Shown here: piece by piece, positions 54,415 through 64,000 of the stretch
Position numbering within the stretch: position 1 is the stretch's first letter
Layout of the letters: each line of letters begins with the position of its first letter
NCBI GenBank assembly: GCA_021613535.1
Contig: CP075492.1
Location: 20,212,001-20,276,000 of the forward strand
DNA: 64,000 nucleotides
Direction: 5' to 3'
DNA from: Adineta vaga
Taxonomy: Eukaryota; Animalia; Rotifera
Notes under the pieces: model-generated
What the model saw: only the letters and a program-made list of their open reading frames with translations
Database searches by the model: none
Told to the model about the DNA's origin: nothing
Position numbers and translations under genes: made by a program

Positions 54415-55210
54415 AAAAAATTGGTGCTCTACGAAACCTTGAAAGTTTCGAATTGCTTTGCTAAACGTTTTTAAGTTCCGTAGATTGAAAATAGTTCTGT
54501 GATGTGTTTTTAGATCTTAATTAAGTTCCGTAAGTTTCATAGGGTTTTGTATGAATTATACCGTACCATGAAGAGGTACTGCAAAGTGTTTCAAGGTTCT
54601 GAACTTCACTCAATAATCTATCGAGAGGTTTTGTAAAATACGCAATAGCTCGAAAGGTTTTGTACAGTACTAATGAAGCCTTTAAATGCATTTGAAAGGT
54701 TCGGCTACAAGAATACCGAACCAATGATGGTTTTGTAGACATCAAAAAGGTTTCGAACGTGCAATATAGAACCACTGTTAGTTAGATGACCTACTCAATG
54801 GTATCGTATGAGACACTCGAAACCTTGATAGTTTCTTAAAAGGTTCAGTAGATTCATTACATAACCTTCAATAGTTCTGAGTATTAGCTGATGGTTCCGT
54901 AGCTCTCACACCGAACCTTTTTTAGTCTACAATGCAGCAGTAATGTTCGGAAGATTCAATACCGAACCTTTAATGGTCTTGAACAGTACACGATGGTTGC
55001 GCAGCTCTTGCACTGAAATCTTTTAAATATACAATGCAACAATAAAGTTCGGTAGGTAGAACTTATAGCTCTCAGTAGTTCTGTAACTCTCACACCGAAC
55101 TATTTTAAATCAATGATGCATCAATAGGGTTTGGTAGATTCTATACGTAACCTTCAATGGTTTCGAACATTATCTGATCGGTCTATAGCTCTTCTCTGAA
55201 TTCAATAGTA
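54407..55210. mobile_element. Probable CACTA/EnSpm-type terminus with gaacc/ggttc subterminal repeats
   Basis: Starts cactctaaaaaaaa and is followed by many degenerate gaacct/aggttc words. The other end was not identified. Confidence 0.45.
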
Positions 55211-55560
55211 GTTCTATATTAATTACTAGAAGATTTACACTCTTCCAAGAGAATCATAAATTATTTCATAATGATTTGACACTATGGCACTGCATATAAA
55301 AACCTATGTGAAAATATTATCTAATTATCAAAGAATCAGAGAATAACGTTCAAGCTACAATACTACAAGTTACGTTGGTTAATTTGAGATTGTTGTACGA
55401 AAGAAAATAATATTAGATGACCGAAAGGAATGGAAAGATAAGAGATATTAAGCTCGATGCTTCAAATAGTCACTAATAGATAAAGAGTTTCTTGATATAA
55501 AATATTCAGTATGGAGTAAAATATGCCAAAATGATTATTTCTTGACTGCTGGTTATTTAA

Positions 55561-57677
55561 CACATTCGAGGCGATGTGGCCCACCGGTGGGCCACGCTAT
55601 ATTTTAAGAAGAAACTGTAGGGAAAAACACTTTCTTCTGCGTTTTTCTTCGGCAAAAGGTTAAATATTTTATTTCATAACACGATGCTTCTTGTTAAAAC
55701 ATTCAATACAAAAAAACTTATCACATTCAGAACAAAAAGTTTTTACTTTTTTTGCTGCCGCATATCTCGCTTCTCTTGATTGTACTTTCCTTCCTTCTTC
55801 ATAACAGCCGGTGCAGCGTCTTCGAACATTGCGTGCATATCCTTCTATTTCCTCTAGCTTATGATCAGCTAGTTTGCGTTTCAGATGACCTGTCGATTGT
55901 TGTCTTGGACCGGGTTTCAGATTTTCAATAGATACACCAAGGAGTAAAGATCGCACGACACTCTCACGGAACTGCAGGATCGTTATGTCATCTGTTGCAT
56001 AGTTTTCCTTGTATATCAAATAACTATTCACTATTGATGTTCCAAATATCAATTCAAATGCCACCCTTTGGTACCATTTTATCGATCGCCTTAGACATGT
56101 GTAGTACGCCGATAGTTGATCCGACAAATCTGTACCTTGTCTTCCTTTATTGTAATCGAGTACAACTTTTGGTTTCATAACCCGTTCGTTAGATGACGTG
56201 GTTTTTCTAATGTCCACGAGCGAAGATGTATGAGAGGGTTTGGTAGATATCATCAAAACTTCTCTTTTATCTTTCCATTTGATCAACTTAATACCATCGC
56301 CGTTCTGCAGTCCATAAGTTTCGCCTTTCTTGAGCTGTTTCTGGACAACTTCTTTACCGGATTTAACACGATTACTTCTCAGTGTTCCAATGAGGTAGGT
56401 ATCATTTTCCAATAATTGTTTGGCGAGAGCAATATTCGTAAAAAAATTGTCAGCTACTACAGTTCGATAACATCCAAAAAGATCTTCTAATAATTGTATG
56501 GTAACTGTTTGGGAGTGTCCGAGGTTAGCCACTGGATTTTGTTTTCCTGTATAAATTACAAAATTCCAAGTATATCCATTGGTGTCTGCTGCTTTGTACA
56601 TTTTAACTCCATATTTGTGGGCTTTGCCTGGAATGTATTGCTTGAAGGAGAGTCGACCTCGCCACGGTACCATTGTTTCATCAACCGTAACGACAGGACA
56701 AGGCATATAAATCGACTTAAATCTAGCTTTCAGTAGGATCAAAAGTGGATTCAACTTCGCTAGTCTGTCTTGATTTCTATCGTTTTCCTCGTTGTTCGAA
56801 AAATGAAAGAACTTGAGAAGTAATTCAAATTTGTCTCTCGACATTGTGTTTTGAATAATTTTCGATCCATACAGTTGACTTTTACTCCAGTAATAGTCCA
56901 CTTTCGGCATTTTGTACCAAACCCATCTGAATAATAATTCCCAAAAATTTTAGCATTTCTTCATGAGTATTTGGTTTCCATTGAAGGGTTTTTGATCGTT
57001 TGCTAAGTTCTTGGTTTTTTAAGTGTTGTTGTGCATATCGATTCGTTTCACGAACCATTAGACTAATAATTTCGTCAGTAATAAAATGTCGATAGCAATC
57101 AACAGGATTGATTGTATTATCTTCCGAAGTTGGTGTTATTTCTTCGACGATTCCATGATCTTCTAGAAATTCACCATCCGATTCTTGTTCTATTTCATTC
57201 CAGACTTGTGAATCTAAGTCATCATCAGTAACTTCTTCGTCGGAACTTGAAGATTCGAACTGCATTGCAGCAAAATTATTATCTAAGGAACTCACGTCAC
57301 TCAGTGAGTTTTCACTATTTTCTGTATTCGTTTCTTCAGACGACATATAAATCAGCGTAAAACCTCAGTTATTTTGATATAAATGAGAGAAAAGAATCAT
57401 AGATAATGTTACAAAGAGAACGCAAAAGAAAAAAACGAAATTTTATTTCACTATCTCGTTTCTACTGCGTAATACATATACAAAAAAAAACAAACGTAAA
57501 CAATTAGCAGATGCGATGAGAAAGAGGATAATCTACATGTGAATATTAACAAGACGAAAGAAAAAAAATTATTGTACTCACTGAAAAGGTCAATGAGTGT
57601 ATTTATCGACGATAAATATACATGAAAATCAATCAATAAAAAATTTTTTTTACCAAAATTGAATCGCCTCGAATGTG
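55561..57677 (-). mobile_element. Full-length piggyBac transposon
   Basis: TTAA on both sides, 15-bp TIR cacattcgaggcgat / atcgcctcgaatgtg, subterminal palindrome gtggcccaccggtgggccac. Confidence 0.95.
55669..57346 (-). CDS. piggyBac transposase, with a single +1 frameshift at ~56910
   Basis: ORFs 57346-56882 and 56910-55669 join as GLVQ-MPKVDYYW if one base of a homopolymer is removed. DDD triad VDETM / ADNFF / GTDLSDQ and a C-terminal Cys-rich domain are intact. Confidence 0.88.
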
Positions 57678-58177
57678 TTAAATACTGAAGTTCTATAGGT
57701 TTTATGTTTAAAATTCATAATCGTCTTTTATATTTATTTTGTTGATGATATTGATCGAATTATTTATATTTCTGTTTGTTTTCAATATCAATTTTGTAAA
57801 AAATATCCAGTACTGACTGATTCAAACTTCTATTAGAAATAAATAATCAACTAAATATAAGTCCAATGTTTATCAATCGTTATTTTTGAGTTGTCAACTT
57901 AATAATTATATTAAACTATACGCTTTGTCAGATTATTGTTTATTATATTGACTTTTCTAACCTATCCACAGAAACGTATTATTTGTTTTTCATATTTTAA
58001 CTCTATTGGTAAGTAATTCTTTTCCCAGTTCAAAAAACAAATAGACGTTGTATCTGTTTTTTGTTCTGATTGAAAATGTAGCTATGAATTCTATTTCAGA
58101 TCCAATTTATTACGTTCAGCAGAATGAAACGTTCGTCACAAATGAAACAATATTTGCTTTTTTCGAGATGAGGTTTT

Positions 58178-59664
58178 GTTTATTCCCTCGACTGAAAGGA
58201 GGGTCATATGAAAAAAAATAGTTTGTATGTCTGTTTGTTTGTGGGTGTCAGGGTCAAAGGTCAAAGTTCAAAGGTCATAAAACTAGATTTTTTCGGTAAT
58301 CACAATAAAACTTAACCAAGAGGGTAATCGAGGTCAGGGATGACGAATTTGATGTTAGTTTTGACTAATTATTAACTAATTAGCTTATTAATTATTAATT
58401 ATTAACATTTTTTTTTAAACTTGACTAAAGGGTAATCGAGGTCAAGGATCGCGAATATGAGGTTAGTTTTAACTAATTATTAATTAATTAGCTAGTTAAT
58501 TAACAACTATTAATATTTTCTATAAAACTTGACCAAAGGGTAATCGAAGTCGAGGATCACGATTTTGATGTCAGTTTTTCGAACTTTTCTCAGGATCTCT
58601 CTCCGTCGACCGAAAGGAGGGTATCGTGTCGAAAAAAGTGACGAAAAAAACAGAAATTCGTTTACATCTATGTAGATCTATCGTATGTCACAGGTCAGGT
58701 TTTTCCATATACAGAGAATCTTTAAGTCCCAAACTAGGGGGTACCACTGAGTCTTCAGATCGTACTTATAGTGGTACCGGTAAACGGTTTTGTACGTTAA
58801 AAACTCAAATGTACTACAATGTAGAAGATGTAATTGTGAATCTAACTGGAGGAGTGTTTTTTGAGCGATCTGTAAAAATGACTGGTTTTGTTTTTGGCTC
58901 ACTCTTCCATATTATATTCATGAAAACCTCTAAGGAACGAAAATATCTGTGCAAAGTCATTGCATAATGTGTTTTAAACGGACACATCTAACAAATCTTT
59001 CGCACTTTACAGTGTTTTTCAGAATCAAACTGATAAAAGATTGAAAGTTGAGTGCAGTTGTTGCGTCTGAAATTTAACCACGAGGGAACGATTGATTGTG
59101 GGGGAAACCTGGGAACGACTGGCCGTGAGTGGTCGACCGGAGGGAGACCGACGAACGACCAGTCGCTTATCGAACAAGCCGTTTTAAAATAAAACGTCGA
59201 GTATTGAGCCTAAACTGTTTCGGATGAGCTTTCAAAATAACTGAATCGATTCTGTCATTTGAGCGCGTATCTATGTACGATAGGTGGATAAGTTCTCTGG
59301 TGTTTTAATTGTAATTCAAGTTATGCTGGCCACGAGAATAAACTATGGATCGCAACGGATAGTTATGAGGTAACAGTCGGAGAAAGACCGAGGAACGGGT
59401 AAACGTTGATGTTAGATTCATTGTTAATACAATACATGAGAGTTTTCATGCTTTGAATACTCTCGAATGATTAGATCCAGAAGGAAAAATATTTGTTGAT
59501 GAGAAATTGGACGTTGGAGCAAATGATTACTTCAACAAGTATACCTGGTTTATAAAAATATGCACTTGCAAAGAAAAGCATTATAGGAAAACTAATCAAC
59601 AAATTCCATTCGTCAATTCTTCAGTCGAGGGTTAAGCGAGTCTGCCTCGACGAGCGTTACTAGT
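58178..59664 (+). mobile_element. HINE/Helentron-type element, same family as 2055-3771
   Basis: ttattccctcgactg...gagggtcatatg start, cagtcgaggg...gagcgttactagt end, three ~108-bp internal repeats at 58320-58570. Confidence 0.75.
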
Positions 59665-60330
59665 TCTTAACATTAGTTACACATTTCACCTTCAACAGTC
59701 GCACGTGGACAAAAATATAAATATAAATAGTTTTGTGTGCTATTCAATATGGTGTAGGTGTAAGGGTGTCGGTGGGTGCCATATTTTTCTGGATTTAAAC
59801 CTTACGCTCACTTATTTTTCTTCAAAAAATAAATCTGAGTTGCACAAAAGCTATTTATTGGAAGAACCTGAACAAACGAATTTTCAATTCCAAATTAAAT
59901 ATTTTTGATCATAGTTTGGGGAATATATTAGTGAAATTATTTAATATTGAGTTGATAAGTTTACCGGACGCCTTCCACTATTCCATTCATTTTTTATTAA
60001 CTCTTTCGATCTAAACAATGGTCGATTATTTACTCCCAAGCCATGTAATTCGATGACGTTCCATTTGGATACGACGGAATTAAAATCCTGCAATAATATG
60101 ACGCTTCCATGGGATTATCCGACGAATAATTTAACCATCATTATGGAGACATCTGTCACACAACGGCGTCAATCATATACTATTAACTTTGAAGATCATT
60201 CTAACTTAGAATGTAAGATGTATCGAATCTGATATATGGCGAAGAAACTGAGTTGAAATATACTGACACATCTCAATTACAAAAGTCAGATTGTAACTAC
60301 CAACTTATATTGAAACTACAGTATAACTAA

Positions 60331-60665
60331 AAAAGTGCACTACCGAACCCGTCGAAAATGTTCTGTAGATTATAAAAGCTTTAGAATGCGACGATAAATC
60401 GAATGCAATGGTTTTTAAAATCTACAAAACCTAGAAAGGATCTGACGGCGGGCACAGTTTCCGAACCATCGTTTACGAAAACCTTTTTTAGCTTTGCGGA
60501 ACTTAGAATAGTTTCCCAGACGATGGTCTGGAGATTGTGCCCACCGTCAGATCTTTTTCAGGTTTCGTAGATTTTGAAAAGCATTGTATTCAATCTGTCG
60601 TCGCATTCTTAAGTTTTTAGAATCTACGAAACCTTTTCGACGGGTTCGGTACTGCAACTTTTTTA
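60331..60665. mobile_element. Foldback/MITE-like imperfect palindrome (~335 bp)
   Basis: taccgaacccgtcgaaaa ... ttttcgacgggttcggta with ~150-bp arms. Confidence 0.75.
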
Positions 60666-61307
60666 TTTACAGTGTGGTCTTTCGAAATATTGTAAGGAAC
60701 TTATCAAAAATTGTACGACATAAATATGAAAGAAATAATAATCGAGTTCTAGCGACATGCGATGTTAAAGAAGATTTGATTGAATCGTTATTTTTATTTC
60801 CATTGATATATGTTTTATCGTTCGCAAGTAAATATACGAAAAAGCACTCATTTAACACCTTCCACTGAACTGTGAAAAAAAGAATATCTCCGATATTATA
60901 GACCAAGTTACGCTAGAAAAAAAATTATGAAAATTATACTTGAAAAAGAATGCTCATAATTCATTTAAAATTTCTAAGTCTGTCACAACAAGTTTTTATT
61001 ACTGAGTGACAAATTTCCATTTTTTGCATCTATTGCAACAGATAGATTTGAAGCATTGTGTGAATTTGATGATGTTGGAAGTCATAGAATATCCCATTTT
61101 TGCATATATAACATAGATTATTTATTATTTTTATTTAATTTTAAAAAGTACATTTTAACACATAAGAACACTAACTATGAATAATATATGATATGATAAA
61201 TTTTTACTGTTAGAAATCTTTACCATAAATCATGTCTAATACATATAAACATATATTTACACATGTATCGTAAGAGTTCATTGCATAGTTTGATTTTTTT
61301 TTTAGAT

Positions 61308-62287
61308 TCAGACAAAACTAATATCGTTGTTTAAGTATTGTACCACTTCATCGATGTCATTGAAACATTTTTCCATGTGATTATTTAAAAATTGATCTCG
61401 ATATTCATTAAAATTCGATGGATTCAGTTCTGCATTTCCATTATAGAACGTAGAAATTGGTGAATAGTTATTACAGTAATTATTATTAATGTGATTTAAT
61501 TGACGTTCATCGGTGTCAAATTGTTCAAATAAATCATCCATTTTAATGTCGCTGTAAATATCTACATCGTCGTGTTTTTCTTCCTTTATGAATATAACAT
61601 CATCATCTACCTTTTTTTCTTCCTTTTTTTTTTTATTTTGCTGATAACTGCGATCATATGATCCTAACAGTACAAGATAACGATGAAGTCACCAAATGAA
61701 AGAAAATAGAAAGAGAACACGTGGATACACCACAGAAAAATCAACAAAAAGAAAGAAATCCATAGAGTATTAGTAACAATCACGAGTAAAGAGAAAACAA
61801 AGAGAAAACAACAGCTTTAACAAAAAGTATCCGAAAAATACTGTAATAATAGAACATCATCAAGATCATAATCAGGAACAGAAGAATTTAAAGGAATAGA
61901 AGATAGCCATGATACAACTTTTTCAATGATAGATAGATGAAGAACAAATCTTTTTGATGTTCTTAATTCTCTTTCCTTCCTTTATGAATATAACATCATC
62001 ATCTACCTTTTTTTCTTCCTTTATGAATATAACATCATCATCTACCTTTTTTTCTTCTTTTTCAATTATAGACGACTGACTTTTCTGTCCACAATACATA
62101 CAACATTGAACGTTTTGTGGCAGAACAAACTGTGGTCCCAGAAATAAAACTGGAAGCATCATAGCTGGAATTGGAATTAGGATAGCAACTGGCGTATTCA
62201 TCTACAATTAAAATATGTTAAGAGATGAAAAAAATATTTGAATAATATTACATGTTGGTCATTATTAAATGCAGTATTAGATGCCAT
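61308..62287 (-). pseudogene. Small gene with EEKKVDDDVIFIK repeats, apparently interrupted at ~61640-61975
   Basis: TATA at ~62419, exon 1 62287-62252 (MASNTAFNNDQH), 50-bp GT-AG intron, ORF 62201-61923. The repeat resumes at ~61625 and runs into ORF 61541-61308. Confidence 0.5.
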
Positions 62288-62442
62288 TATGAAAGTTCGA
62301 TTTGATGAATGAGGAAGAACTTTTTTTGTTTAGTTGATTCGAGAGAATAAGCACGTTGAGGTGATGTGAGAAAGTTGATCAAATGAAATGATGAATGCGT
62401 TGAGCAAGCTCTTTTTATACTCGAAAATGAACTATGAGTCAC

Positions 62443-62650
62443 TGTTAGGATACAGGTTATTTATCGTTCTATGGACATTTCCATATTCTCTTCTTTCGTT
62501 CTTTCCCTTCTATGTATATGACGTTTGACATATGTATAGCTGGGACTTCTCCTATAGTTCTTAGTATGTTGGTTTTTTCCCTTTGATCGAAATATATATA
62601 TGTCTAGCTCTCAGGAGAGAGTGCAGAGGAGAGCAAGTGACATTCTAAGT
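62443..62650. mobile_element. Solo LTR-like element, related to the remnant at ~6400-6595
   Basis: tgttagga start and flanking GTCAC direct repeat. The reverse complement aligns by eye with 6405-6595. The right end is not a canonical CA. Confidence 0.5.
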
Positions 62651-62994
62651 GTCACCCTTGTTAGCGATGATTCATGACTGTCAACGACTATGGCATAGAT
62701 GCAAGGGGGAAACAGCGGACTTTAAGCCCAAAAGTGTAAAAGTAGTTCACAGTACCTGAAAGTAGTTGAAAGTACCTCAAAGTACGCTCAAGTACCTTAA
62801 AATACGACAAAGTATACCGAAATACATTAAAACCTTTGTATTTGCGTTAAAGTGTTGTTAATCTAAAAAGAGATCAAAAGAATAGTGTAAGAAATCATAG
62901 AAATAATGAAGTTGTAAGATAGAGACGGGCTTATTGTTCAACGACACGGTTAATAAATGATTAGTTAAACACAAAAATAGGTATGTATTATGTT

Positions 62995-63647
62995 TGTTAA
63001 TTATTCTCGGTCATTTGTTGTTTAACACGAGACAAACGATCACTGGATAACTTTGACGAATTATTAGATATGAACCAGCACGCGGTTTGTTTGTGTAGAT
63101 ATTTGATGTTTCCATTGATTTTAACTTTGAAATAAGATTGTCTCGATGCTGCATTGCAAGCATCAAGTATTCGTACACCATCGAATTCTGATTTCGTTGA
63201 ATTTAACGAATCCTACTCATCTTCACTGAGAGAATCATTATCAGACCCAATCTGACTTTCATCAGCAACTTCATCTTCAGTAAGATTTTTATTATCATCA
63301 TCTTCATTTTCTTCATCTAATCCAAATTCTTCATTAATATCAACTTCTATCGGCGAAGAATAATTAATCATTTTAGAATTTTTCTTTAATGTATCAAAAA
63401 TATATTGACTTAAACTATTAGTATTATCAAGATTAAATTTGCTTAATAAATCTAACATTCTTGATTGTTTCACGAGCCTTATTGATTCATCAAATGCATC
63501 TAATATTGTTTGTTCGATATCTAATGTATCAATTTCATCTAATTGAGAAAACGATGTGGACAAATAATTTTCATCTTTACGTTTGTGTTTGTGATGTAAT
63601 GGAAAAGATAACTCTTGTTTTGATGAATTGTATTTGGGCGTGACCAA
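62995..63647 (-). pseudogene. C-terminal fragment of a probable DNA transposase
   Basis: ORF 63647-63213 reads through a stop into YFKVKINGNIKYLHKQTACW...KLSSDRLSRV, a motif I recall from invertebrate transposase-like proteins. An LTR-like tgttagg at 63649 cuts it off. Confidence 0.4.
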
Positions 63648-64000
63648 CTGTTAGGATACCCCAATACTCATTCATTCATGTAGGTTCAACTATCTATCAG
63701 AAAAACGTGATTTTTCTATCACTTATACCATTTGTCGAATGCTATTGATCTGTAACTATTCGAGACACAGATATTGGTAAAAATGAGGATTACTAAGGAC
63801 ATCCTTATGATTATATGGTAAACATGCCTCACCTCGTATTTGTTAACGTACACCATTCTTCACTAGATATTTGTGACAACATTAGAAAGCGATAGGTTTC
63901 ATTATTAAGTAATTAATCAGAAAATACAAGTTATGATTGTATTCATCTACGAATAGGATGTTTTATTAACACATTCACCACGATTCGTTTTTCTCGAAAG

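Overview
AT-rich eukaryotic DNA with short (about 50-90 bp) GT-AG introns and dense transposon content. The style fits a small invertebrate such as a bdelloid rotifer, but this is inference only. Positions 1-36006 are a head-to-tail array of a near-identical ~13.7-13.8 kb unit (copies start at 1, 13720 and 27528; the array begins upstream of the window). Each unit holds four host genes in mirror order: IRG/IIGP-like GTPase A (+), secreted CX3C-hairpin peptide P1 (+), paralogous peptide P2 (-), and IRG-like GTPase B (-). Non-autonomous elements lie between them (Helentron-type HINEs, solo LTRs, a TTAA piggyBac derivative, and a long-TIR element carrying a signal-peptide ORF). The array is cut off exactly at the left TIR of a pogo-type transposon (36007-38523). 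The rest of the window holds a two-exon dual-specificity phosphatase whose stop codon comes from an LTR, and a nest of elements: a MULE containing a mariner MITE and a HINE, a Helitron/Helentron Rep-PIF1 fragment, two piggyBac elements (one almost intact), a CACTA-like end, further HINE/MITE/LTR pieces, and a small disrupted gene with SUMO-interacting-motif-like repeats. The best candidate for an undescribed system is the amplified mirror-symmetric GTPase + cysteine-hairpin peptide cassette.
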